A stretch of 49,001 nucleotides of DNA from Gemmatimonadota bacterium. Its GTDB lineage: Bacteria > Gemmatimonadota > Gemmatimonadetes > Palauibacterales > KS3-K002. A program made the translations under genes and the position numbers. The stretch spans positions 1 through 49,001 of the forward strand of contig JBDHJS010000046.1 in NCBI GenBank assembly GCA_039586795.1. The letters are read 5' to 3'. This document shows, in pieces, positions 18,773 through 28,309 of this stretch. Within the stretch, counting starts at the first letter, position 1. Each line of letters opens with the position of its first letter. The notes under the pieces are model-generated. The model was not told where the DNA came from, made no database searches, and was given only the letters and a program-made list of their open reading frames with translations.

Positions 18773-18972
18773 GCTTCTGCCTCCCTTTGTGATGCGCGTT
18801 GTTGGGAAAACACAATTGGAGCTAATGCTGTAAACAGTTATCCCTATTGGACTTTGGGACAGGGGATCCGTCGTCGTGGACACGACGCGCTGAGGGGAGC
18901 AGCGAAATCCAAGCTATCATACACACCGAACGGCGCAAGGTTTCCGCTCTGTTGTTTTTTGGAACTAAGAGG

Positions 18973-20337
18973 CTATTTGGCCGATGGGGTCGAGATTCTG
19001 AATGCAACGTAGAGCGCCAGAGCGAGCGAGATCAGACTCAGAGCGCCGAGGCGTTCACGCAGCGAAGTGATGAGCAAGTTCGGGTCGGAGAACACCGCTG
19101 GAAGCCCGGTGATACCGCCAAGGCCAAGCGCGGGATCGAATGCCGCCAGGGCAGCGGCTGCCAACACGGCGCCAAGTGCGCACCCAAACAGTGTGATGAG
19201 TACCGCGACCACTTTGAATGGCGCCGTGCGGCCGTTTCCGCGCAGCCGCACGCTGAACCCAACCATCACTCCGACCACAACAGCCAACGGGTGCGCGCTC
19301 TGGCCCGCGGGCACGGCCAGCAGACCCCACACCAACGCTCCCGCGATGGCGGCGCCGACGCCGCCGCCGATTGCCCGCAAAAGGCTCGGGCTTTCAAGTC
19401 CGACGTCCGAGAGCGACGGATCATCCGGGTCGACTTCGAGCTTGATCCGCTGTCCCGACGCGGTCTCGATCACAGCCGTGTGCGCGTCGGCGTCCATGTA
19501 GTCCATGTCCTCTACGCCGGTCAACGCTCTTCCGAACTCCTCCTCCGGGAAGTACGGCGGGTAGGGCAGATCCTCTTTTTCTTTCGCGGCGCCGACGAGA
19601 TCGGCGGTTGGCGTGGCTGCCGCCTCGGTGTCGCTCTCGACATCGAGCAGGTATTCCAGCGCGTCGATGTCCTCTTCGGTGGCGTCGTATTCGCCGCCGG
19701 CCATCTCCGGTACGACATCGGATTCTGGTGCTCGCTCATCCTCCGGACTCGGCAGCGGCTCGGAGTCCGCGCCGAGGCTGGTTGGTTGAAGATCAATAGC
19801 CTCGACTTCTGACTCGGACTCGTCCGAGTCGAACCCAGAAGCCGCAGGTACCGGCTCGACCGCAGGTGGTTCGGGCGCCACCGGCGGCGCCGGTGTAGGC
19901 GGCGCCTGTGCTGTCGGAGTTGCTGGCGTGGGCGGCTTCGAGGCAGCCGGCGGGGTCGTCGTGTCGGCCACAGGCGTTACTGGCTCTGGGGTACCGAATT
20001 CACCTACTTGATGCTCGAAGATGAGACCGTGCTTGCTCAGCTCGTACGAGACACGGGTGAAGAACTCGAGTGATACGGGGGGTGGCTGGGCTTCCGTCAC
20101 CAACCGAACGATCGTGTTGTCCGGCTTCTGGCTGTGCTCGGCATTGAACTCGGGGCTGCGGATGTAGCGGACGTAGTTCTTCACCTTCGCGGCCAGCTGC
20201 CGGTGCATGAGGCCGGCCTCGTCCCAGCTACGATCCTCCTGAATGAGGAGAACGAGCTTCCCCGTTAGTTCATCGACAGTGGTGCTGTCGATTGACGAGG
20301 CATCCGACATCATCCTCCCGTCACCCCCGCTCTCCAA
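18973..20337 (-). CDS. Hypothetical membrane protein: DUF6572-like N-domain, Pro-rich/acidic linker, multi-TM C-domain
   Basis: LVLLIQEDRSW...QLAAKVKNYVRYIRS resembles DUF6572; PTPATPTAQAPPTPAPP linker; about 4 C-terminal TM helices. Start uncertain (ATGs near 20310). Confidence 0.7.
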   Translation of the reverse strand: MESGGDGRMMSDASSIDSTTVDELTGKLVLLIQEDRSWDEAGLMHRQLAAKVKNYVRYIRSPEFNAEHSQKPDNTIVRLVTEAQPPPVSLEFFTRVSYELSKHGLIFEHQVGEFGTPEPVTPVADTTTPPAASKPPTPATPTAQAPPTPAPPVAPEPPAVEPVPAASGFDSDESESEVEAIDLQPTSLGADSEPLPSPEDERAPESDVVPEMAGGEYDATEEDIDALEYLLDVESDTEAAATPTADLVGAAKEKEDLPYPPYFPEEEFGRALTGVEDMDYMDADAHTAVIETASGQRIKLEVDPDDPSLSDVGLESPSLLRAIGGGVGAAIAGALVWGLLAVPAGQSAHPLAVVVGVMVGFSVRLRGNGRTAPFKVVAVLITLFGCALGAVLAAAALAAFDPALGLGGITGLPAVFSDPNLLITSLRERLGALSLISLALALYVAFRISTPSAK

Positions 20338-20371
20338 TGACTAACATCAAGAAGAGATCTGAGTTCACTCT

Positions 20372-20788
20372 CTAAAGGCCTTCGCCAAGTGGCGACTGCA
20401 CGCGGTACACGACGTCGCCGGTTTGGCCAGGCTCCACCACGGCGCGCCCCTCAGCGACGAGGGACATCAGGGCGTGCTCTATGTCCATCGCCGGTAGCCC
20501 GGCGTGGGCAGCAGCCTCCGCGGCCGTGATTCTACCGTCCTGGGCGATCGCTTTCCAGAAGATCATCTCCTTGATCCCGGCCAGGCGCGCCTCTTCCGGA
20601 TCTTTGCTCTTCGACCCGCTGCGGAAGCCGTACCATATCATGGCGGCACCGACGAAGAAGGGGATGACGCCCAGTAGGAACGTCGCGGTGATCTGAATAC
20701 CGCTTGGCAAGCTCACAACGAACGTGAGCAGTGCCAGCATGACCAGACCCGTTACCAGAAGAAGCCCGCCCAATGACGTTTTCGACAC
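20372..20788 (-). CDS. Hypothetical protein, 2 TM plus winged-helix-like C-domain
   Basis: Two hydrophobic helices, then GRITAAEAAAHAGLP..IEHALMSLVAEGRA..GDVVYRV. Confidence 0.75.
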   Translation of the reverse strand: MSKTSLGGLLLVTGLVMLALLTFVVSLPSGIQITATFLLGVIPFFVGAAMIWYGFRSGSKSKDPEEARLAGIKEMIFWKAIAQDGRITAAEAAAHAGLPAMDIEHALMSLVAEGRAVVEPGQTGDVVYRVQSPLGEGL

Positions 20789-20846
20789 GATAGCAAGCTA
20801 GTATTTAGGGTTAGACGGGGCCAATCAACAACGGCAGGGATAGACA

Positions 20847-21335
20847 TCAGAACATGTAGTCAATATCCCAGATTCCACCGGGTTTCACAAGGGCGTAAGT
20901 CGCGAAAGCTAGGGCATATGCGAGGATGAACCAGGCCAGGCGCGCCGGCGCGACAATGGGCCGGCCTGCCTCCTGGCGGCGCCAAATCTCGGGGAACACG
21001 AGGGCGAACTGAAGTCCCACGATGATGACAGTGCCCGGCCGCAAATACTCCGCCCAGGGATAGCCCAGCGCCAGCCCGGCCGCTAGGAAGCCCAGGTTCT
21101 CGCCGACGACCACGTTGATCACCGCGGTGAAGCCCCGGTCGCTTCGTGCCCTGACCGCGAGCACGACGTAGGTAGCTCCCAACAACAGCGATAGCACGAA
21201 CGCTGGTGGTAACAAGGGCATTCCCCGCAGCTCGGCGGTCCACATATAGCCGAGGTGAACGGTTGCCAGGAGCGCCAGGATGATCGGCCCCGCTACTGGT
21301 CTTGTCGTGCTGCTGGGTTCGGTGGTCAGGCTCAT
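20847..21335 (-). CDS. Hypothetical integral membrane protein (about 5 TM)
   Basis: Series of hydrophobic segments; ATG 21335 after GAGGG preferred to the ORF-track start 21464. Confidence 0.7.
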   Translation of the reverse strand: MSLTTEPSSTTRPVAGPIILALLATVHLGYMWTAELRGMPLLPPAFVLSLLLGATYVVLAVRARSDRGFTAVINVVVGENLGFLAAGLALGYPWAEYLRPGTVIIVGLQFALVFPEIWRRQEAGRPIVAPARLAWFILAYALAFATYALVKPGGIWDIDYMF

Positions 21336-21485
21336 AGCCCTCGGGGTGCGGGGCGGGAGGCGGTCGCGAGTCGATGCTTTGACCGCGGATCGGCTGGCAG
21401 ACAAAGATACTAATAGGCGGAGAGGGGCGCCCGTGGCTGGCGGCCCGGCTGGCAGCCCGGGCATGCGCGAGATACTTTGGCGACC

Positions 21486-24095
21486 ATGAATCTCAGCTTT
21501 GCGGCTTTTGGTGTAGCACTGCTAGCGGCGGCAGTGGCGCCTGCGGAAATGAGCGCTCAGGGAGGTGCTATCGATCCAGACCACGGTGTGGTGGCTGTGT
21601 CTAGAGCGTTGCGCGGTCTGGGCAGCGTCAAGCGGGTGCTGATCATCGGAGCCCACCCTGACGATGAGGACACGGCACTGCTAACGGTGCTCGAGCGGGG
21701 GCTGGGTGCCGACGCCGCCTACCTGGCGTTGAATCGGGGTGAGGGAGGTCAAAACCTGATCGGGCCAGAGCTGGGGGTTGGGCTGGGCCTGCTACGAACC
21801 GAGGAGCTGATGGCGGCTCGGCGATTGGATGGCGCCGAGCAGTTCTTCACTCGAGCCTACGACTTCGGTTACTCGAAATCTGCAGAAGAGACGTTTCGAC
21901 TGTGGCCGCGCGATTCGCTGCTCGCCGACGCCGTTAGCGTCATCCGCAAGTTTCGACCTCAAGTAGTGGTCTCGATCTTCTCCGGCACGCGTCGTGACGG
22001 TCACGGCCAGCATCAGGCTGCAGGCATCATCGCCCGGGAAGCGTTCACGGCTGCGGGTGACGGTAGACGTTTTCCGGAACAATTGAGTGAAGGCGTCGAA
22101 CCGTGGTCGCCGCTGAAGCTCTATCGTTCCACCCGGTTCGATACAGCGTCGTCCACGCTGACGGTGGAGACGGGCGCCCTCGATCTGCTATATGGCCGGT
22201 CGTATCATCAGATCGCGATGGCGAGCAGAAGCCAGCATCGGTCACAGGATATGGGACGCGTCGAGAGTCTTGGACCTCGGCGGACTAGCATGCAGCTGGT
22301 GGAGAGCCGTGTCGACGTGGGAGGTGAGGACGACACCTCGCTGTTCGACGGTGTAGACACGACGCTGATCGGAATGCTGCCCGCGATTCGAGATCGAGAC
22401 GCGCGAGGCATACTGGCGGAGCTTTTGACCACCTATGATGCCCACCTTCGAGATTCTCGGTCGGCCTTGGGGCAGGGGATGTCGTCGGATCTTGTGGCTC
22501 ATCTGAGCGCTGCTCTGGCTTCGGTGCGTCAGGCTGTCGAGGCGGCTGACCGGCTGGGCGACGAAGCGTCGTTTCTGCGCTTCACGCTGCAGGTCGACGA
22601 AGCCAAGCTGCAAAGAGCCGTCGCGGAAGCGGCCGGCGTCATCGTCGATGCGTTCGCCAACGATGATCTGGTGGCGCCCGGCCAGAGGCTTCAGATCGAG
22701 GTCCAGGTGTGGAACGGCGGTGATCGGCCGGTCGAGCTCGAGAGCATCTCCATCGATACGCCGGCGGGTTGGGTGATCGAGCCGATCGACGGCCCCGTCG
22801 CCCAGGTCGCGCCCGCAACGCTTGCCCGTCTAAGGTTCCGCATGACGTTGCCGGATGATGCTCGGCCATCAGAACTCTACTACTTGAGGACGCCTCTGGT
22901 TGGGGCCGTATACAACTGGCCGCCCGAACCGGATCAGCGAGGCCTGCCAAGGGGGAAGCCAGTAGTGGAGGCCGACGTCGGCGTATCCATCGCCGGGCAA
23001 TCGGTGAGACGGAGAGTGGAGGCGGTGTACCGTTTTGCCGATCAAGCGCGGGGCGAAGTGCGTCGGCCGGTCCTCGTCGTGCCGGCGATCGGGGTGAGCG
23101 TAGCTCCTGCGGTTGGAATACTCCCGTTGGGCCGCGAGTCCGTTCTCACTTTCAGCGTGTCCTTGAGAAGCGAGGCGTCCGAACCGATCGACGGCCGGGT
23201 GTATATCGAACTTCCCGAATCTTGGGCCTCGGAACCTGCCGAGCTGGAATTTCGGAACGGTACACCGGGCTCGTCGACGACCTACGACTTCATCGTTCGT
23301 GCCCCGGCCATGCTCGCTGCAGGAACGTACAAGCTAACCGCGGTGGCCGAGACTTCGGGCGGACAGCGCTATGCATCGGGATACTCCGTCGTTGACTACG
23401 AGCATGTACGCCGAAGCCTCCTGTTTAGAGAAGCGACGGCTAGAGTCGAGGCCCTCGATGTGGCAGTCGAAAACGATCTCCGAGTTGCCTACGTCCCCGG
23501 AGGTGCAGACGTCGTGGCGGCCGCGATCGTCTCGCTGGGGGTCAGCGTCGAACTGCTCGACGCGGTCGACATAGCAACCGGCGATCTCTCACGATACGAT
23601 GTCGTGGTCCTTGGGATACGCGCCTACGAGACGAATCCGGCCCTCGTCGCCAACAGCGACCGGTTCCTGGACTGGGTGCGGTCCGGCGGCACGCTGATCG
23701 TTCAGTACCAGCAGTATCGATTCTTCAGAGGGGATTTCGCGCCCTACGCGCTCAGCGCGAGGAGGCCTCACGACAGGGTGACGGATGAAACGGCACCCGT
23801 CCGGATCCTGGATTCGGGCCATCCGATGTTCAACGTGCCGAACGTTATCGGCAAAGCGGACTTCGATAGTTGGATCCAGGAGCGAGGTCTGTACTTTGCG
23901 TCTGAGTGGGATGAGAGGTACCAGCCGCTCCTCGAGATGGCTGATCCCGGCGAGGAGCCCAAGCGGGGTGGCCTGCTCGCGGCCAGATACGGGGATGGCC
24001 TCTACGTGTACACTGGACTCTCGCTGTTCAGGCAGTTACCGGCCGGTGTCCCCGGTGCGTACCGGCTTTTGGCAAATCTATTGAGCTTGAGATGA
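21486..24095 (+). CDS. Secreted PIG-L/LmbE family deacetylase with Ig-like/NEW3 domains and C-terminal class I GATase-like domain
   Basis: Signal peptide; GAHPDDED, NRGEGGQN, FFTRAYDFGYSK, HGQHQAAG, SRSQHRSQ; C-terminal YDVVVLGIRAY...GGTLIVQY...WIQERGLYF...FRQLPAGVPGAYRL. Confidence 0.92.
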   Translation: MNLSFAAFGVALLAAAVAPAEMSAQGGAIDPDHGVVAVSRALRGLGSVKRVLIIGAHPDDEDTALLTVLERGLGADAAYLALNRGEGGQNLIGPELGVGLGLLRTEELMAARRLDGAEQFFTRAYDFGYSKSAEETFRLWPRDSLLADAVSVIRKFRPQVVVSIFSGTRRDGHGQHQAAGIIAREAFTAAGDGRRFPEQLSEGVEPWSPLKLYRSTRFDTASSTLTVETGALDLLYGRSYHQIAMASRSQHRSQDMGRVESLGPRRTSMQLVESRVDVGGEDDTSLFDGVDTTLIGMLPAIRDRDARGILAELLTTYDAHLRDSRSALGQGMSSDLVAHLSAALASVRQAVEAADRLGDEASFLRFTLQVDEAKLQRAVAEAAGVIVDAFANDDLVAPGQRLQIEVQVWNGGDRPVELESISIDTPAGWVIEPIDGPVAQVAPATLARLRFRMTLPDDARPSELYYLRTPLVGAVYNWPPEPDQRGLPRGKPVVEADVGVSIAGQSVRRRVEAVYRFADQARGEVRRPVLVVPAIGVSVAPAVGILPLGRESVLTFSVSLRSEASEPIDGRVYIELPESWASEPAELEFRNGTPGSSTTYDFIVRAPAMLAAGTYKLTAVAETSGGQRYASGYSVVDYEHVRRSLLFREATARVEALDVAVENDLRVAYVPGGADVVAAAIVSLGVSVELLDAVDIATGDLSRYDVVVLGIRAYETNPALVANSDRFLDWVRSGGTLIVQYQQYRFFRGDFAPYALSARRPHDRVTDETAPVRILDSGHPMFNVPNVIGKADFDSWIQERGLYFASEWDERYQPLLEMADPGEEPKRGGLLAARYGDGLYVYTGLSLFRQLPAGVPGAYRLLANLLSLR

Positions 24096-25117
24096 TGAAT
24101 CGCCTCGTCGCAGTGATCGCCGCGATTTGTGTGTCGCTCGTCTCGTGCGGCGAGCCGAGGACCGTACTTACCGTCTACTCTCCGCACGGCAAAGAGCAGC
24201 TCGTGTTGTTCGAGGAGGCCTTCGAGGCGGCTAACGCCGGAGTCGACGTGCAGTGGGTCGATATGGGCTCGCAAGAAGTCCTCGATCGGGTCCGTTCCGA
24301 GCGTGCCAACCCGCAAGGCGATGTATGGTATGGCGGTCCGGCTCTGTTCTTCATCCGGGCGGCAGCCGATGACTTGCTCGATCCGTACCGACCGGGTTGG
24401 GCTGAAGCTGTGCTGCCGGAGGCGCGCGGGGCGGGAGACACATACTACGGAGTCTATCTCACGCCGGCGGTGATCGCGTACAACAGCGACGTGGTTTCGG
24501 CCGAGGACGCCCCACGTGAATGGGATGATGTGCTTGACCCACGCTGGGCGGACAAAGTGTTGATCCGCGACCCGCTGGCCAGCGGGACGATGCGGATGAT
24601 CTTCGGCATGATCATGTACCGCGGCATAGAGGCGACCGGCGACACAGCCGCCGGCTATGCGTGGCTGCGGCGTCTCGACGCGCAAACGAAAGAATACGTC
24701 CTCAATCCGGCACTGCTGTACCAGAAGTTGGCGCGCCAGGAAGGGATCATCACGCTGTGGAATCTTCCCGACGTACTGCGGGTGCAGGACCGGAGTCACC
24801 TGGGCTATGTGCTTCCCGAGAGCGGCACGCCGGTATTGGTGGACGGGATCGCTGTGATAAGAGGCACCAAACAACCGGATCTGGCGCGGGCATTCGTGGA
24901 GTTCGTCGGATCTGTCGAAGGCCAACTCCTGGCCGCGCGTAGTGCGTTTCGGAATATCACGCGGACTGACATCCCTTCCGACTCGCTACCCAACTGGCTG
25001 TTACGTGTGAGCAGCGAGCTGAACGCGATGGAGGTGGATTGGGAGATGCTGGAATCTCAGGGACGTGAGTGGATGCGATACTGGGACTCCAACATCCGGG
25101 GCTCGAGCAAGCGTTGA
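24092..25117 (+). CDS. ABC transporter substrate-binding lipoprotein (Fe3+/AfuA/thiamine-type)
   Basis: Lipobox LVSC, LTVYSPHG, SERANPQGDVWYGG, PREWDDVLDPRW, DPLASGT; ATGA overlap with the PIG-L stop. Confidence 0.9.
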   Translation: MMNRLVAVIAAICVSLVSCGEPRTVLTVYSPHGKEQLVLFEEAFEAANAGVDVQWVDMGSQEVLDRVRSERANPQGDVWYGGPALFFIRAAADDLLDPYRPGWAEAVLPEARGAGDTYYGVYLTPAVIAYNSDVVSAEDAPREWDDVLDPRWADKVLIRDPLASGTMRMIFGMIMYRGIEATGDTAAGYAWLRRLDAQTKEYVLNPALLYQKLARQEGIITLWNLPDVLRVQDRSHLGYVLPESGTPVLVDGIAVIRGTKQPDLARAFVEFVGSVEGQLLAARSAFRNITRTDIPSDSLPNWLLRVSSELNAMEVDWEMLESQGREWMRYWDSNIRGSSKR

Positions 25118-26205
25118 GTATCTTTCTGCATCTCGACTCACTAAACCGCTCTTTCGATGGCGCTCCCGCCGTTCGAGATCTATCACTCGATATCGCAGAG
25201 CATGAGATCATCACGCTCCTTGGCCCCAGCGGTTGCGGAAAGACGACGACGTTGAGGATGGTGGCGGGGTTCGAGTCGCCGGACTCGGGGCGAATCGTAC
25301 TCGAAGGGCGTGACGTCACCCGCATCACGCCACGTCATCGCGGCTTCGGAATGGTCTTTCAGCATTACGCTTTGTTCCCGCACCTCGATGTGGGCGCGAA
25401 TGTGGCGTTCGGGCTCGAGAGCGCTGGACTGACACGCGCCGAGATCGAACGACGCGTAGCCAGCTCTCTAGAGCTTGTGGGGTTGCCCGATACGGAAGCA
25501 CGATCGGTCGGCTCGCTGTCCGGTGGTCAACAACAGCGAATCGCGTTGGCCAGAGCTCTGGCACCGGAGCCCAAAGTGCTTCTTCTGGACGAGCCGCTGT
25601 CGAACCTCGACGCTGCCCTCCGTGAACGGACACGTCGCGAGCTCCGCACTCTCGTCAAAGACATCGGCATCACGAGCATCTACGTGACCCACGATCAAGA
25701 AGAGGCCTTTGACCTGTCCGACCGGATCGCCGTGATGCGCGATGGTCGGCTCGATCAGGTCGGGCCCGCAGAGGAGCTGTACCACAGTCCGGCGACGGAA
25801 TTCGTCGCCAAGTTCCTCGGCCGGGCGGGCGCCGCACGGGGGATTGTAGAAGAGCGGGCTTCCACCGGATCGGTGCGCTGTCGGATGGGCGCAGGCCCCG
25901 TGTGGGAGGCACAGGCCTCCGACAGCGGCCAGCCCTACGCGGCGGGCTCGGACGTTCGGTTGCTGGCGCGTCCCGAGGCGCTAGAGATCTGCAATCCTCA
26001 AGCGGATGGCGCCGTTCGGGGCGTGGTGGTCGATCGTCGATTCGCGGGATCGTTCTACGTCTACGCCGTGGACGTGGAACGTGGCGAGCTCGAGGTCCAA
26101 TCGACCGCCGATGTTGCAAAGGCGGGAGAAACGGTGGGTCTGCGGCCACTGGCGCCGCCGGCCGGCCTCTTCGCGTTCCCGCTAAGGGACGAGCACGGCG
26201 AATAA
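25114..26205 (+). CDS. ABC transporter ATP-binding protein (FbpC/PotA-type, TOBE domain)
   Basis: GPSGCGKTT, VFQHYALFPH, LSGGQQQRIALARAL, LLDEPLSNLD, VTHDQEEA; TTG start overlaps the upstream TGA. Confidence 0.93.
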   Translation: MSIFLHLDSLNRSFDGAPAVRDLSLDIAEHEIITLLGPSGCGKTTTLRMVAGFESPDSGRIVLEGRDVTRITPRHRGFGMVFQHYALFPHLDVGANVAFGLESAGLTRAEIERRVASSLELVGLPDTEARSVGSLSGGQQQRIALARALAPEPKVLLLDEPLSNLDAALRERTRRELRTLVKDIGITSIYVTHDQEEAFDLSDRIAVMRDGRLDQVGPAEELYHSPATEFVAKFLGRAGAARGIVEERASTGSVRCRMGAGPVWEAQASDSGQPYAAGSDVRLLARPEALEICNPQADGAVRGVVVDRRFAGSFYVYAVDVERGELEVQSTADVAKAGETVGLRPLAPPAGLFAFPLRDEHGE

Positions 26206-27878
26206 TGGGACGCCCGCATTTGAGCTGGCGGGGGCGCGCGCTCGTAGCCTCGGTCTTCGTGGTACTCTTCTGGGCAGTCATCTACCCCAACGTGGTGGTG
26301 CTTCTGGAAAGCGTGAGCGGTGATGCCGGTTTCACGCTTGGCCACTACGCTGAGTTCTTTCAGACTTCCTCCGAGCTACGGGCGCTTTGGTCGAGCGTCT
26401 GGATCTCGGTCCTGACCGTAGTCCTCTCAGCGGCCATCGGCGTACCGCTGGCGTTCCTATTCGCTGGGTATGAATTCCCCGGACGGTGGGTGCTTGGCGC
26501 CCTGGCGGCGATGCCGGTACTGCTGCCGCCTTTGGTAGGCGTTATCGCGATCCTCTTTCTCTACGGAGAGAGTGGCATCGCCACCCGGTTCCTGCAGTCA
26601 GCGCTTCGACTCGACGCGCCGCCGTGGCGACTTCAAGGCCCGGGCGCCATCCTCGCGGTTCACGCCTATTCGATGTACGTCTACTTCTATCTGTTCAGCC
26701 TAGCCGGGCTGGCCCGCATCGATCCGGCGGTATTCGAGGCGGCGGCCTCGCTGGGGGCAGGCAGGGTGCGCACGCTGACCCGTGTCGCACTTCCGTTGCT
26801 CACCCCAACGCTGGCCGGCGCGTCGCTCCTGACCTTCATGACATCGATGGCGTCGTTTAGCGCACCCTACGTGCTGGGCGGTGGCTTTCGGGTGATGACA
26901 ACACAGATCTTCAACAGCAAGCTCCAGGGCGAGATGTCGATGGCGATGGTCGAGGCGGTGATGCTGGCCGCCGTGTCGATACTCGTGTTGTGGCCCCTCT
27001 CCCGTTGGGAGGGGAGCCGGGAATACGTAGCGCCGGGCAAAGGGACTCGCTCGGCGCGCGTGCCGGTGAAGTCGAGGTGGGCACGATTCGGAATAACGGC
27101 TGCGGCGGGCCTTGGCGTCCTGTTGCTCGTGCTTCCGCACCTGACGCTCGTGCTGGTCTCCTTTGTCCCGGACGGAGCCTGGACGACCGAGACGTTGCCG
27201 CCGGCATACTCGTTCGAGAACTACCTTCAGCTGTTTTCGGATCCGCGGACGCTACGTCCCATCCTCAATTCGCTGTTGATGGCAAGCGCGGCGACGGTCG
27301 CTGCGGTCGCACTCGCCGTCGCCGTCGGGCAGCTGGTCGTTCGCTGGCGTGTGCGGGGAAGCAAACTGCTGGAGGGAATGGTGATCCTTCCCTGGGCTCT
27401 CCCCGGAACCGTGCTCGCCATCGCCCTGGCAACGACCTTCAGCGTTAATCAACCGTGGGCGTTCCGATTCGTGCTTGTCGGCACCCCGTGGATCCTGGCG
27501 CTCGCCTACACGCTTCGCGTCCTCCCGCTCACCGGGCGGGCTCTGCTGGCTGGATATCGGCAGGTCGACCCGAGCCTGGAGGAAGCTGCCGCCTCTCTTG
27601 GTGCCGGGCCGTGGCGCACCCTGCGTCGTGTAACCGTCCCGGGATTGCTTCCCGCCATCGCTGTCGGCGCGTCGCTGGCCTTTGTCACCGGGCTGGGGGA
27701 ATTCGTCGCGTCTATCGTGCTGTATACGTTCCGTACCCGGCCAATCTCCATCGAGATTCTCTCCCAATTGCGAGATTTCGACCTGGGCGCCGCTGCCGCC
27801 TACGGTGTGCTATTGATGATTCTGGTGGGCGCCGCCTTCATGTTCGGTCAGCGCTGGCTTCAGACGGGCCGATCGTGA
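26205..27878 (+). CDS. Iron(III)/AfuB-type ABC permease (two BPD_transp_1 domains)
   Basis: Two EAA loops (FEAAASLGAG, LEEAAASLGAG), about 12 TM; ATG 26205 overlaps the upstream TAA (TAATG). Confidence 0.92.
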   Translation: MGRPHLSWRGRALVASVFVVLFWAVIYPNVVVLLESVSGDAGFTLGHYAEFFQTSSELRALWSSVWISVLTVVLSAAIGVPLAFLFAGYEFPGRWVLGALAAMPVLLPPLVGVIAILFLYGESGIATRFLQSALRLDAPPWRLQGPGAILAVHAYSMYVYFYLFSLAGLARIDPAVFEAAASLGAGRVRTLTRVALPLLTPTLAGASLLTFMTSMASFSAPYVLGGGFRVMTTQIFNSKLQGEMSMAMVEAVMLAAVSILVLWPLSRWEGSREYVAPGKGTRSARVPVKSRWARFGITAAAGLGVLLLVLPHLTLVLVSFVPDGAWTTETLPPAYSFENYLQLFSDPRTLRPILNSLLMASAATVAAVALAVAVGQLVVRWRVRGSKLLEGMVILPWALPGTVLAIALATTFSVNQPWAFRFVLVGTPWILALAYTLRVLPLTGRALLAGYRQVDPSLEEAAASLGAGPWRTLRRVTVPGLLPAIAVGASLAFVTGLGEFVASIVLYTFRTRPISIEILSQLRDFDLGAAAAYGVLLMILVGAAFMFGQRWLQTGRS

Positions 27879-27898
27879 TCTCGATCCCCACACGAAAG

Positions 27899-27931
27899 CG
27901 GCCCCGAGCGCATCGCCTGTGCTCGAGGCCG
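27899..27931. terminator. Hairpin between convergent genes, possible terminator
   Basis: CGGCC-C-CGAGCGCA / TGTGCTCG-A-GGCCG; weak T tails. Confidence 0.45.
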
Positions 27932-27958
27932 ATCTTGACTGGATTCGGGCTCTTCCGG

Positions 27959-28237
27959 TTAGCGCCTGTCTCCCCAGATGTTCGTCCCGTTGATCTCCTT
28001 ATCACCGGCTTTCACGCCGGTGAATACACCCACGCCGAGCGCCGCCGCCGTCAGCCCTCCGACGATTGGCAGCGCCGCCGCCAGGGGGACGGCTAGTAGC
28101 GCAGCACCCGCTCCGGCTACCCACGGGGCCGCCTTCTTCCTGGCCTTGGGGACGAAACGCAGCTTCCGGATGACGAACTTCTTCGTGTATTTGAAGCCGG
28201 CGTACGCGGCGCCGCCGGCCAATAGTATCTCGATCAT
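27959..28237 (-). CDS. Small hypothetical membrane protein
   Basis: 92 aa; basic K/R-rich segment followed by Gly/Ala-rich hydrophobic hairpin; purine-rich upstream sequence (GAGGACAGGGACAG). Confidence 0.7.
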   Translation of the reverse strand: MIEILLAGGAAYAGFKYTKKFVIRKLRFVPKARKKAAPWVAGAGAALLAVPLAAALPIVGGLTAAALGVGVFTGVKAGDKEINGTNIWGDRR

Positions 28238-28309
28238 CTGTCCCTGTCCTCGGTTCGGTACCGGGCTCGTTACCCGCTTCTTCTAGGCTCACTACGGCCT
28301 AAGTGCCCC

